Shown: piece by piece, positions 51,315-64,000 of the stretch
How the letters are laid out: each line of letters opens with the position of its first letter
How positions within the stretch are numbered: position 1 is the first letter of the stretch
DNA from: Tubiluchus corallicola
Lineage: Eukaryota > Animalia > Priapulida
Reading direction: 5' to 3'
Length of the DNA stretch: 64,000 nucleotides
Assembly: GCA_030141605.1 (NCBI GenBank)
Contig: JAQGDQ010000004.1
Coordinates: 124,001-188,000 of the forward strand
Program-made: the position numbers and the translations under genes
Notes under the pieces: generated by a model
Told to the model about the DNA's origin: nothing
Seen by the model: only the letters and a program-made list of their open reading frames with translations
Database searches by the model: none

Positions 51315-51324
51315 ATGACGTCAT
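51315..51324. promoter_or_regulatory. Perfect CRE palindrome ATGACGTCAT upstream of the Coiled-like gene
   Basis: About 112 bp upstream of the ATG at 51203; minus-strand CCAAT at 51283-51287. Function is inferred. Confidence 0.45.
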
Positions 51325-53245
51325 ACAGCCGCCAGCTGCCGAAACGGAATATCTACGTACATAATTATAGTAACTTTGCATTGTGCAATGGAATTTAGGA
51401 ACTTACAGCCAAAACTTATGAATATTATATTATACAAAAATATAGTACATGACTAGCCAGCCACAAACACCTACTGATTTTACACCAGTATAAGCGTAAC
51501 AGTATTTTCAGTAAAGCTGAAACTTGCTAGCAAGAAAAATGTGTGCGCCATAATTTTACAGTAAATGAAATTTAATTAGGCCTCCGGTAAGTCCAATCTG
51601 TTTGGTTCTTGACCTCAGAAGCTTCTTGCGCGTACCTGTACTTTCTGTTAGCTCAACTTTTCTCATATATTATAGGCCTATACGTAACAGGTACAGACGA
51701 TGAGAAATACACCTATATACCAGCTACTACAAAATTTAAAAGCGACTCTGATTTTCTGAAGTTTATTAATTAAGTCAACAATAATTATTTCTTTTCAAAT
51801 TTTGTTTTTCAATTAAGAAGAATTTTGCTCGATTCCATACGTCCAAAATCAAGAGTAAGATGCTGTGTGCATGATTGTTGTAAGAGCAAATATAGTAAAA
51901 ATTGAATTTATACTATACTAAATTATTCATTATTTTCAGTGCCTTTATTCGGCACAATTTTTTAAATGTTTATTTATTTGTGCAAAACAAAAAATCAGAT
52001 ATGTCGTCCCCTCGCGTCTCAGCAAACTCTCTTAGGTTATAAGCCAATGTAAATTTAGCCGAAGTGCTTGTTTAGTCTGATAGGCCACGCTTGTTTTGTT
52101 GCAGATGCTCATAACTACACATAATGAGATCATTGATTATAGGGTGTTCCAGAAGAAAGTGTAGTACAAGTACGTTGATACCCTGAAATTTGCTGATCAA
52201 AGGACAATATCTTAATAAGAACTTTTACTAAAATAACTGTTGGAAGTGTTTGCTGTTACAGACGCAAACGATAGCGATGCTGAATGTTATAAAAAACACG
52301 TTCAAGTTCATGAGATTGAATGCTTTGAATAATACTTGTTAGTGTGCCCAAAATCAACTTCGACTTTTGCATTGACATTATAATGAAGTAAAAACAATAA
52401 TTATTACACACGCATATTCAAATTTTCCTATCATATTAGTTATAATTTGGTTTTTGTTCAAACGGAACATTCAAGTATAATGCATATCAGCTTCGACTGT
52501 ATTGTTTAAACTCGCAATGTTATTTCTGCGTTAATTAATAACTCAAGATTTAGCAAGAAGAAAAAACGCAAAGATCTCCAAATAAAAAAATGGAATGTTG
52601 TGCCAGCATGGGGTTAAACTTAATAGTAAGTACGCCTTTAATCTTTAGATGCACATAGGAACACATCAGAATACCCAAGGGGTATAGAAGAACAAAAAGA
52701 TTAGGACCTCCTGATGTGTATGAAGAATATTAAATATGAGAAATAGAAGTGTTACCCAATAACATGCTTGGCCGATTTAGAGTATGCCCTGATGAAAGTG
52801 CTAGACACATTTGTAGATGTAGTCTTATTCTTTCAAAATAGAAAAAATAATGGTGAACTTGAGACTTCGTCTCAACTGTCTATAACACAATTATGAGCAA
52901 TGTATTTTTGCAATACAAACAAACATCGTTATGGAAGTAGATTTTTCACTACAGTTACATGATATTTATTACACATAAATCACATAATACATACATATTT
53001 GTTGTATAATATTAAAAAGTTCTACATTCAATTGAAAACACAATTCATTACATCTTCAGGATCACGTAATAATAGCATTATTTTACACATCATTTGTTAT
53101 TTTTCAGCATTGTTCAATATATCACAGGTAAATTTAGAAAAATCACAATTTTGCTAAAATAAAAATACTGACATATTGGTAGCAACTGAAATAAACAGCA
53201 GCCCTACTTCACATGCTGTGAGAAAATTGCTCCTGAAGTTATTTC

Positions 53246-53281
53246 TCAATGTGGTTTTGACTTGTCTGCCAGCAGAGTCAC
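53246..53281 (-). CDS. VPS11: Vps11 terminal coding exon
   Basis: ttctag|VTLLADKSKPH*; minus-strand AATAAA at about 52965-52970. Confidence 0.8.
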   Translation of the reverse strand: MTLLADKSKPH

Positions 53282-56200
53282 CTAGAACACAGAATAAACC
53301 ATGAATTATTTGTTGTCAAACTCATTTAATTAAAACAATTGCTTAAATTAAAAACTAGTGCTGATGATTTGCAGAAACGTTTTCTTTTTTTATATCAACA
53401 TTAAAATACCGTCAATTAGCTACTGAGATTTGAGTTAGGTGGTACAAAATCATGGATCATGAATCATGGATGTAACATGTGTAAACTACTAAAACTGTTG
53501 CAAGCTACCATTCATTTAATATTTTTTGGTTTTAGGAAATTTGAATGATTGACAATTGTTACCTCGTTTGACAAGTGTTACCATTCTTAAAACAGTAAAA
53601 GAAAAGTTCTACGCTTGTTTGTGTGATTTAAATTCTATCAAAAAAAAACAAACTTGACTTACTTTATTAAACACTCCCTTGCCAAAGTAATTTGCAACCA
53701 CAGAAAACCCATCCTCAGCATCTTTAAGCTAGAACAAATAAAACATATTGTATAACACGACATTAGATAGAATAAGTATATGATGCCACAGAAAATGCTC
53801 TAGAAGCAGCACTTTTCACAGAGAAGCAGCACTCTACACAATAGTTAAGTTGACAGCTAATTAATTAAAAAAGAATGAAGTGTTGAAAAGTTGAGCCAAA
53901 CAAGATTTCAGCCTCTGTCATATAAGCTATCAGTCCAACATAGCAGAACAGGTCTGAGATCTCAACTTAGCAGATGACATACAACCTTGTGATTACAGGA
54001 CGCATGCTCTATCTTTTAAACCAATAGTCCAACATTGTAAAGCAGGTCTGAAATCTCACCTTAGTAGATGCAAAATATATACAGAATGTCAAGCAAAAAA
54101 ATCATTTCAGATATTATTTAAAAAGTATTTAATCATCAGAGAACCTCTAAACGGTGTTACTAACCTCGGAATGAAAATGTTCATGTAAATCTCGACTTTG
54201 CTCTTGTTCTTTAATCATGTCCATTATTTTTCTAAAACAAGATAGATTACTGTCACTAAATAGAAATATTAACCAATGATTCAATTAAAGGAAATTTATT
54301 TAGATGAGTGAATATAAGAGACATATAAGTGTATGGTATTGCTATCTAATATTTCTATACCTGTTTTCAGGCATGCAGACAGGACATTCTTTATCGTTTT
54401 CTGAGTAACTCTCAAAACAGCTGAAACAAAAACAATGATCTCTAATTAACACAAAGGAAATACTAAACATTAAAAGACAATGCAATTGCTTAGCTATTGA
54501 ACATTATACAGAAATGGGCACTGCCAACAATAAGAATGGATCTTAGCAATGATTCAGAGTTATGATTCAGTGTAACAGATTAATTTCAAAAGTTCAAAAT
54601 GGCATCAATAAACTTAACAACAAAATCAGAGTAAACACAGCTTTACCACTTATAAGTGGCCAAAATGCTAGTAAAAAGCTCAAAATTTATGCTGATTGAT
54701 ATATTCTTCAATTTAATTTAAAGGCAGCTGAAACTGACTAAGAAATTTAATTGCAAACAATGAGCCCTGTTATCTAAAAATTAATCAAACTATGTTTGAT
54801 ATTACGTCATGGCAAATGTTTGATTCAATTAGCTTACCAAAATATTTGATAGTAGCACGGGTTGAAAAAATGCTTAGCTAAATTTCAAAAAGCAGTATAA
54901 GCTATTAAAATAGGGGTATTCTGTTTGATGCCAGTCAGTTTGGAGAGTCGTCAGCTCAGTTAATTCGAAAATTACTCTAACAACACTCCACTTTTGTGGA
55001 AATGGAATGTGAGAGCTAAGCAGATCATGTTAAATAACTCAATAATGCCAAAGTGTGTGAGTATGCATACCTTTGATGATATGAATGATGACAAAGAAAG
55101 TGCACAGAAGGAAGCTCAAGTGGGTGGTTGCAAACACTGCATTTAGAAACCTGAAATATCTGGACATTTGTTTTAAGATTTTCTATTTGTTTTCTGGCTT
55201 TTTCCGTCTGCTCTTTGTAGTATTGGATTAATCGTTCGTCTTCAGCAATGGCCTCGTTTTCTTTCTGCAACCTTTTGACAATGTAATCCTGAAAGCATTT
55301 AAATATATCAGTGGCTTCTTGATAAAATACCACATGTATATACTCAGAATACCTTTGCACACAAATTTCAAAACTTCACACATGCAGGTTTGAAACATAA
55401 TTAACTGAAAAATCCTTTTGCAGCCATATTGTCTAATGCACTTCCATTTGCAGAATTATATTAACTTTGGAAAAAGCAAATAATCCTGATGTGTTGTACT
55501 AGCAAATACCACTGTTTGAAGATTTGTGTTTTATTAGCATGGTAATCAAACAATTTGTAGAATCGAACCCATAACACCGCATACACAAAGCAAATATGCT
55601 ACCCAACTGTGATATTCGGCTTGCAAGTTAACACATTAATCATTCGTTCAGGCATCTCAACTATGCCTTAATTTGACAAGTACATTTTTTTACTAATTAC
55701 CGCCGTCAATTTATTTATTAATTTTGAAAATCACTCATCCGACCACTATGCTATTCAACAGTTCATAATTGTGAACAGCACTGTTCTTCCACTGAACAAG
55801 CTATGCTATATATAGCAACACAGGTATTTAGTGCATTGTACAATAACATTACTGAGAAACCAATACAGCAATCGGTCTGTGACAAACTTAATGCACAAAG
55901 CACAAAATAATACCTTAATAACAGCAAGCGTAGCAGTGGAGTTTTGAGCAAGGGTTTCTACAACCATTAATGGGGGAAGGAGATTTTTCCTATCAATATG
56001 TGTAAGAACTTCCTTCAGGTATTCATGGCAGTCCTCAAATTTGGCAAAGAACCATAAGGCTTGAATCCATAAACTTGAATCATGACACCTAACAGATTTA
56101 AATAAATGATTAACAAATTAAGTTTAGTAGAAAATGAGGCATTGTATATTGCAGCACAATATTCACATTAGCTGAAAAAATACTGTTTTATCAAGACTGA

Positions 56201-59200
56201 TGAACAATAAAAATGAATAATGCAAGTTGATATTAAAATATACGAAATTAAACTAAAACTGAATATTTACCCAAATTTCTTGCATGTATCAATAATGGAT
56301 TTATACTCTGTATTTTCCATGTGATAGCTAAGAATTTGCTGGTATCTGTTATAAACAGAGATTACTATTAAATCATTCATAATGCACACAGCAAAGCAAA
56401 GCAAACAAATAAGCACATCAACATCATTTTACTTACAACTTAGAACAAATTTTCTTGATTTTTTATAGACAACAGTTGTAGAGCAAAATAAACATTTCTA
56501 CATACATGCCATCTGCTGAACAGAAAATAAAATTATTCATATTACATGACTTGAATTTATTCTTCAATTTATGTCATTATTTAGACATTAGGTAAAGTAG
56601 TATTAATGGCACCACTTTTTTCATTTAAATAATTTTTTATTGAATTTGTGCTCATGCTTTCTTGCTTCAATGGTAAACAACCAAACAGCCAACTAAATTA
56701 GAAAGTTTCATCAAAGTTTTGTTGCATAACTTTTTCCAAAATGCATTGCTTTAAACCAAGGTTCTAGTTTACACTTAAGAACATAGAATAATACCAAATT
56801 GTACTCACAGTGCAGCTTTCTCATACAAGTAAAGGATTCCAGACCTGAAGTTGTTCATCTGGCACAAAACTAAGGCTTGGTCAATGTCATAACCAGCCTG
56901 AAAGAAAAAAACATGTAAGCTCTCATATAGATCACTAAACTGACTTAAAGTTTTAAATACTGATAGCTACTTTTACAAGACTATAACTTTTTTAAGAGTA
57001 AGCCATGGCAGTTAATGTTATATTCAAGTAAGTATACTCAAGTAATAACTAGCGAAATAACAATTTATTGTGTAAATTTTTTGCAACAGGTACGAATTTA
57101 ATTAGTGGATTATAAATAACTATACTATCAGTTGAGTGGTCACTACAGCTATTGGCAATGCTATTAGGTGTAGATATTATTAGTAATAGCAACACGGTAG
57201 ATTTTTAAAGTAGCACAAATAGTGCAAAGTCATATATTTATGAGTAAAACCCCAAATGACTGCAGTATGCCTAACTGCAAAATAAGGTGTATCGTTCAAC
57301 GCGGACTATTACACAACAATACCTTTTAATCTACAAAGCTATGCTGGTGCAACAAAAATAATTCATTTCAGTCATTGATGTCATCATGTTTGATGAAGCA
57401 AGAAATCATTTAGATAAATGTTCATTTTATGGTGATGAAGAACTGAAAAACAGCTAAAAATAGGTACAGAAGTTTATAGCTGGTGCTAGTAATAACTATC
57501 TGCTCAAAATATCAGCTTTGCTATAGCAATTTAAAAATTTGCAAGCTCAAAGTTCCTGTTCACAAAAGCTTTATTCGGAGACATTTATTCTTCAAGTTCA
57601 CTGATATAACTGGTTAATTCTTGCGCTTTAAACATTTTGCGCTTTAAAAACCAAACTTTAATTTTATACACTTTAACTTGTCTGTTTGAGATGACTACAG
57701 AAAGGTTGCATTTGGGTAAATATACTTCATTAATGATAATTGCATTAGAGTCACAATATTTCATGGATAATTACACGAATTTAATACCTCTGTTTTGATC
57801 GAAAGTCATAAAGAGCCTGGAAAAGGTTTGTGTACATCCAGCACAGACATATCTATTGCCCAAATGTAAAATATCTGAGAACATTATTTATTGTGAGATC
57901 AAGGCATGGCAGCAGTTTAGTACTAGAACGTACTTGAGAATAAATAAGCTGTATAAAACTTTATAATAAATTAACAGCAACAGTTGGCCACCACTTACCT
58001 CCGGTTTTTGTAGCAAATCTAATGTAGTCATTTCCTTCAATTTCTGTTGCTCAGGATTTGTTTCGTGAGTGACATCTTGCAGATATAACTCTAACAAGGT
58101 GTTATACAGAAGACTAGAACTCTTTGTTGGCACCTATAAAACAAAAACAAATCTTGCAAGTTTTAATGCTTTTAAGCCACCTTTATTTTCCAATGGTAGT
58201 AATTCTTGAGTAGCAAAATAATAACTTTCTGGCCATATTTATACAGGCAAGATTTAGATGAACTTTAAAAAAATAATGCTCTTGGGAAAATTCCAAATAT
58301 TAAATTGAATGAAGCAGAAATTGTGAAGCAATAGTAAGAGTTCCAGGTCTAAATCTAGCACAGTGAATTTTTTCTCTACCAATTCCAGTATTATCCTATA
58401 TTCAAAATTATTTAACAAATTGAAAATATTGGAACTGTGCATAAAACTCTAGTTATTCAAAATACCTCATGGATCATGTGTTTCAAGAATTCGCGCAATT
58501 TGGCTGAATTATTAACAAAGATATGGATAAACTCATCAGGATTTGCTTTTTGCACTACTGTAATTGAAAAATCATCACCTGTAATGCAAAGTTACTTGTT
58601 AGCTTGCTCTGAGCAACGTACCTATGTAATAACCTTATCATATTCTCTTAAAATAGATTATTTACAGTAACTCAAGCAGTCATGGAGCTATGTTACGAAA
58701 CTTGGTAGTATACACCTCATGGCATGCAGCAGTTTCTACTTCATTAAAAACCCTTACAGGAAAGTAATAATAGCAAAAAACAAACGAGCTATATGATGTT
58801 TAGTTGTCAATCATTCAACCAATCAGCTTTTCAACAAAATTTCACTTAACAAATGCTAAGCATTATTCTATAGTTAAAAGTAAATTAAGAATTTTGAAAC
58901 AACAGCACAGAATAAAATTTAATGTGAATTTAAATTTTATTACAGATATGACAGTTCAGAATGGTTTAGCAAATAAAACGAAATGGTCTCTTTTAAATTA
59001 ATCTAATGACTTAGCAGTATAATGCCCAATTTTATCGACAAGTTAAAAAAAAAAATTAAGTAATCAAATAAACTGACTACAGCTAAACAATTGCTTTTAA
59101 CTGCAAAAAGTCAAACAACAATTAACCTAATTAGTTAAAAAAAGAAAATGTTGAGAAACTGTGGCGAAGACTTGCAACCAAAATCAATGAGATACAGACT

Positions 59201-62200
59201 CACAATCAGACATGTTTTGCTGAGTGATCACTAACTGCAAGATGTTGGGCTCATGCCTTACTGGCTAACAGTTATTAACATTTTTCTCCAACTAATTAAT
59301 AAATTAGGTTAAATTATTGTTTAAAATAAACTGCTAGGTTTATTAATTTTCACTTTTCATCACAAATCCAAGAAAACCATTAAAAGAACAGATTCATACT
59401 TTGCAATACAAACCTTCAAGTGTTTTTTCATCTACCAGTGGTTCTGTAACCAAAAAGTAGGAAAAAATTACCTCACCGTATTAAACAAAAGAAAAACAAA
59501 CAAAATTTTATTCATATTTCTACAGATTAATTTCCTTCTGTTTGCTTGAAACTACATAACTTTCCTACTAATAGCTAGCTACATTTGCTAACAGTTTCTC
59601 TTTTGTTAATGTTGAAGGCCCACATACAGGCAGTTAGCAGTCAAACACTGCATAGTGACAGCCTATAAACCGCAAACTGATGTCGCTTGATATAAACTGC
59701 TAGCATTTAGTAGTATGTACACAATTGGGAAGCAATAAAACATATAATAATTGTACTGTTTTACATTAGAGGGTGCGTTTTTTGAACAAAAAATACAATA
59801 TGTACTGTTTTAATGCTTAAATTAGGCAAAATAGTTTTAGATAAAATAAAAAATAGCTTTGAGTAAAGTAAAAAAATCATTGCTAAAATGAAATGTGCAT
59901 TGTTAAGTGAGAAAAAGGTGTCAAATGTTCAGCATCGTCAAAACGAAACGTCACTAAACAGGGAGTCATTAAGTGAGGACTTACTATATTACAGACTATA
60001 CGTCCTTTAATACATCAAAATTCGTCATTGATAAAAAAGCTTCTTTCTGTCATTTATAGAAAAAGTGAGTCCATATCAGATAGTTTTGAGAAAAACAGGA
60101 AAAATTTTCACTTGCATAGAAGAACCTGTTTAATGAATTACTTTAAAATTTTGAATAAACACACAATAAAAGCATATCGCTTTATTATTTTGTAAAAAAT
60201 GAAATAAATATTTAAAGCACTTTTAAATTACTGGACATACTATGTTGCACTAAAGTGGTACTGCAAACACGTTCTATACGTGCTTGCTGTTTTCAAAAAG
60301 CGGAACTTACTAGTTTCTTTGTGCACTCAAGTGAGACAGAGTTGACAATCAGCCCTTCAGATATGTATAAGCAGCGGAAACTATCATGACTATAGGATCA
60401 CGTATATTAAACTATTTGCAGGAAAAGGATAAACAGCCCACCTAATTGTCCACCTGTATGGCCCTGATTGCATAATTGCAACATGTGTGATGATTGGCTG
60501 AAACTGATGTTCCTGTGGACTTAATAGGTCTGATTTTTTTGCAAATCTTTTTTTGGACATCCTAGGAATCTTAATTTGTCAACACCTCACTTAATAAGCC
60601 TCAGATCATCAAACTGTTTGGTGGTAACATGCAGTATTTTACTAAAATGCTTGGATACCAATAGCTAGGTTTTTATAAAAAATGGATTTACTATGTTTTT
60701 TCTAGAAAATATGAGAAAAGTACTTTTGTGATGAACTCTACCAAAATAGCATAATAAAAGTGTAGACCGCTACAAAAATACTCACTGTTTGATGGCTTAT
60801 AATCTGTACATAGTCGTTTGAGAACTTCTGTTGTTCGGTCTGGAGTTTCTGTCACAAGGATTTTCCCATGGGATTTCATTATAGCTTCTGCCTATAATAA
60901 TAATAAGTACTCAAACATGTTGTATTAATCAGACATTATTGTCTTCAAAATTTAACATGATTTGATTTCAAAATGAGCAGCTTGTTCCAGTTAAGTGCAT
61001 GATGAAAACAGTACACTTTAGCGTTGATGTAGACATCTAACAAATCAGAATTACCTCAGAAAATTCTAGTTTTGAAATGTACTCTAAAGCTTCAGTATAA
61101 TCTTTTATATCCTCAAGCTGAATTTTTAAGTACCAGTCATGCTGTTCAAACTTTTCAGCTAGGTACAATGCATGGCTGTGATAACCAGCCTGACGACAAA
61201 CTTTGATAGCAGTTTCCACGTCAAAATCCACTTCTTCTTTGCTTTTAGTCTACAAAAGAGATGCAAAAATGAGTTGCAAACGTGTGCTCATATTGTACAA
61301 CAAAAATAAATTAGTTTCACTTCACCTTTCATGTTTTTCTTTTCAAATGTAGTATCACTTCACTTTCAATCTTTCACATAGAAAATACATGAAATAATAG
61401 CTTATGTGCCCTCAATTAATTTTAATAACAGAAAAGGAACCTGGCAAAAAACTGCTTCATTTATGATACAAAAGATACATGTACAAAGCAATCCTTTGAT
61501 TGTGATATGAAACAAAATCATCTTACAAGAAACTCACCATTATAAATTCGTCCAGTTTGGTATTGTCTTTTAGCTTTGTGTAACAGTTTAGCAATAAAGT
61601 TGTATGATCTTCGGTTGCTAGTCCTTTCGTATGAAGTGCTTGAAGATAAGCTGTTAAGTTATGAATCCTCTGAGCATCTAGGAACTAAAATATAGAAACC
61701 ACAAACCCATTGTTGTTCTACAACGATTTCAAATGAAGAACAATGATTTAGATGAATGTGTTTAAACAGGTTTAACAAAAATTAATGAATACATTACTTT
61801 AATAACAAGGCATTGATGGCGAAAATAAAACAAAACGGTTTTGTCATAAACAGTACGAGAAGAAACATTTATTAGAAGAAACATTTACAGAAACGTTAAT
61901 TACCAGTTACTCTAGCCACACACAATAAACATTCAATAAATGCAACTAATACATAAGCAAACAATTTAGAAAATTAATAAAATTATTACCCCACTGATGA
62001 ACTTAGATGAACAAGCTGATTATGCAAAACATTAATGAAATGTACAAAAATGTTTTAAAATTCTTAAGTAGGAGAATGGTGAAAAATTACCTTCCTAATG
62101 ACATAAGAAGGTTCCAATACACCAATTGTCTTTATGTATTGTGTGATGGCACCTTCATGGTCACCTTTACTGTAAATGAAACAATTTAACACAAGAAAAT

Positions 62201-63416
62201 TATAACAAATTTTCATATAGTTTTAAATTCTTTTAATATATTTTAACACCTAAAAACAACTTGTACTTAAAAGAACATCTGCAACAGCTGCATATTAACA
62301 TGATAGTAATAGTAAGTATTAAATTATACAGATAATCAAGATAGAACAACTCACTCACTCAAATACATGTATGTAATAAGTAAATTCATACCCATACAAG
62401 TGATCACCATATTGACGGAAAATATCTACTAAACCATGCTCATCATACTCCTGACTCTTAGCCAAACTGAAAAACACAATTATATATATGTAAGGTATTA
62501 GGTCTTAAAATACTAATTATTATAACATACGATCTAGCTTTTATAAGGATAGTTTTTAATGCGATATAAGCTCCTTTGATCATAGACAAGTAATCATACA
62601 CATTTTTTTAGATAAATCATAGCATACTGCAGTTCACGCAAACCATCACACAAGTACAATGTATTTATAGGTAATGCAATTTGTAGAATATGGCAATGTT
62701 AACTGTAAAAAGCCAAAAGGTAGAGAAGCATAGCACACTGTAAAGAAAGTTTTTAAATGATTAAATAAACATGTTGTGCAATTAAAAATAACTATTCAAA
62801 ACCAACAAAGTCATTAATTGAAATGCAACTGTGCCATTTCAATACACTGAGTGAAATGAAACAACTAGTATTCACTATAGTAGAATTAAAGAATGTGGAC
62901 AAAAGTGTTGAACATAATAAAAATTTATGTAGACAACAAATTACTTACATTTATGGCATTCAATATAAAAATTTTGGAGTTATTTATATTATAAAAAAAT
63001 TCCCTAGAAGTTATTGATGGCTTCGGTTATTTTATATTCACTCAGTCATGCACACATGACACAGCATACAGTTTTTTCTCTTTGTATCAAAATGTGCTGA
63101 CCCCTTTTAAAACTATGTTTTCATCTCACCATAGAGAAAACCAATAATTTATAACAAATAAAAATTTGTTATTGGCTGGCTAGTTCAAAATAGAATGCTG
63201 CTGATCAAAGAAAAAACTGGGTTTGTCACAATATCTCAATTTTTCTAATACAGGATAGTTATTATTAACCAGACCGCCTGAAATACGTGATAAAAAGTAA
63301 TAATTGCTGAAACTTCAAATTATAATGTAAACATACCTTATAGCTAATACGTAAAGATTCTTCTTGAAAAGCATGTCGAGTTTTGTCTGAGTGTCTTTCT
63401 CTTGCAGAAGAAATAG
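53246..63416 (-). CDS. VPS11: Vacuolar protein sorting 11 (HOPS/CORVET class C core subunit); 3' portion with clathrin-like repeats, RING-H2 and VPS11_C; 5' exons lie beyond the window
   Basis: 17 GT-AG exons in one frame: 63337-63416, 62392-62466, 62091-62169, 61538-61684, 61055-61249, 60786-60891, 59414-59443, 58466-58578, 57999-58133, 56809-56897, 56271-56345, 55914-56088, 55071-55288, 54361-54420, 54165-54231, 53663-53728, 53246-53281. Peptides include [102 protein letters not shown]. Confidence 0.97.
53663..53728 (-). CDS. VPS11: Vps11 exon
   Basis: [22 protein letters not shown]. Confidence 0.94.
54165..54231 (-). CDS. VPS11: Vps11 exon
   Basis: KIMDMIKEQEQSRDLHEHFHSE. Confidence 0.93.
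54361..54420 (-). CDS. VPS11: Vps11 exon (second half of RING)
   Basis: CFESYSENDKECPVCMPEN. Confidence 0.94.
55071..55288 (-). CDS. VPS11: Vps11 exon (coiled coil and first half of RING)
   Basis: DYIVKRLQKENE...[24 protein letters not shown]. Confidence 0.95.
55557..55620 (-). mobile_element. Decayed tRNA-derived SINE head or tRNA pseudogene
   Basis: Minus strand GCCGAATATCACAGTTGGGTAGCAT...GGGTTCGATTCTAC has A-box-like and B-box (GGTTCGATT) motifs at tRNA spacing; the stems do not close. Confidence 0.5.
55914..56088 (-). CDS. VPS11: Vps11 exon
   Basis: CHDSSLWIQALWFFAK...NLLPPLMVVETLAQNSTATLAVIK. Confidence 0.94.
56271..56345 (-). CDS. VPS11: Vps11 exon
   Basis: YQQILSYHMENTEYKSIIDTCKKF. 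Confidence 0.92.
56809..56897 (-). CDS. VPS11: Vps11 exon
   Basis: AGYDIDQALVLCQMNNFRSGILYLYEKAA. Confidence 0.93.
57999..58133 (-). CDS. VPS11: Vps11 exon
   Basis: VPTKSSSLLYNTLLELYLQD...LLQKPE. Confidence 0.92.
58466..58578 (-). CDS. VPS11: Vps11 exon
   Basis: DDFSITVVQKANPDEFIHIFVNNSAKLREFLKHMIHE. Confidence 0.92.
59414..59443 (-). CDS. VPS11: Vps11 30-nt micro-exon (inferred)
   Basis: ttacag|(K)PLVDEKTLE-G|gtttgt; phase 1-1, fits the linker between the flanking exons. Confidence 0.65.
60786..60891 (-). CDS. VPS11: Vps11 exon
   Basis: AEAIMKSHGKILVTETPDRTTEVLKRLCTDYKPSN. Confidence 0.94.
61055..61249 (-). CDS. VPS11: Vps11 exon
   Basis: [23 protein letters not shown]...YISKLEFSE. Confidence 0.95.
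61538..61684 (-). CDS. VPS11: Vps11 exon
   Basis: [49 protein letters not shown]. Confidence 0.95.
62091..62169 (-). CDS. VPS11: Vps11 exon
   Basis: [26 protein letters not shown]. Confidence 0.94.
62392..62466 (-). CDS. VPS11: Vps11 exon
   Basis: LAKSQEYDEHGLVDIFRQYGDHLY. Confidence 0.93.
63337..63416 (-). CDS. VPS11: Vps11 exon
   Basis: [28 protein letters not shown]/GT bounded. Confidence 0.92.
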
Positions 63417-63619
63417 CTGGGTGAAAGTACACAAAATATTCTATATGAAATTCGATGAGCAACTGCCCTTTACAACAACATTTATGCACATACATTGCTA
63501 CTGGTTTCTTTGCAGACTACATATTCAGACTTTCTTAATAAACTGCTCAAAGTAGCATTTACAAATTATATTTCTTACAGCTTATTAATTGAATATTTTT
63601 TTGCTAATAAAATCAATTC

Positions 63620-64000
63620 TCATACTATGAATAGCCTGGATTACTCGGTGTCAAACTCGGTGTCTTTGGTTCGAATCGTGGTTTCTTAGGTCCTATTTAA
63701 CAAATAGGAAGCAAAAGTTTCTTTACAAGGCAGTACATCATCTTGCTCCAATCTAGAGTTTGGTTCCCCTGGGATCAATGTTGGGCCGATTTTATAGAAT
63801 ATTTATATTGCACACCTCAGTGATATTATATCAAAAATAACATCGATTTTCACCTATATACTGATGACAGTACTTACCTCCTAAACCTACAGTGTCTCAT
63901 TCTCAAAAAAGAGTAGTAGACACTACTGTATATCTGATATTAGAATTTGAATGAATGCTAACATGTTGAAACTAAATAATACAAAAACTGAATGTCTAGT
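63620..64000 (+). mobile_element. Decayed L2/CR1-type LINE reverse transcriptase fragment in a Vps11 intron (runs off the window)
   Basis: Frameshifted peptides SYLTNRKQKVSL, NLEFG.P.GS.LGPIL, NIYIAHLSDII, FHLYTDD, ISDIRI.MNANMLKLNNTKTECL. Confidence 0.85.

Noticed and set aside
52785-52815. CCTGATGAAAG as a second hammerhead core
   Set aside because: No stem II followed by GAAA downstream.
59638-60533. Possible TIR pairs (59638/59985 and 59992/60533) in a Vps11 intron
   Set aside because: The inverted matches are short and mismatched; cannot be told from chance by eye.

Overview
AT-rich genomic DNA from an intron-rich animal, most likely a marine bilaterian invertebrate (taxon is inference; the receptor looks protostome-like). 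Three spliced protein-coding genes were reconstructed by hand from GT-AG junctions and reading frame. (1) A + strand CCAP/neuropeptide-S-type GPCR of 8 coding exons (7792-45723, 439 aa), with a ~24.8 kb first intron and unusual substitutions in the ligand pocket. (2) A - strand 4-exon Ly6/uPAR three-finger GPI-anchored protein resembling Drosophila Coiled (49679-51203, 145 aa). (3) The 3' part of Vps11 on the - strand (17 exons visible, 53246-63416, continuing past the window end). The introns hold a young 5'-truncated LINE with an open RT/CCHC ORF inside a (TA)n microsatellite, two CR1-group LINE relics, nested TIR elements, two foldback elements, a probable Penelope-like end with a decayed hammerhead ribozyme, tRNA- and 5S-like SINE remnants, local tandem duplications and many microsatellites. 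I see no evidence of a wholly new multi-gene system. The best leads are the divergent receptor pocket, a uORF abutting the receptor start codon, the microsatellite-embedded LINE and the ribozyme-like motif. Most short ORFs in the supplied track are noise.
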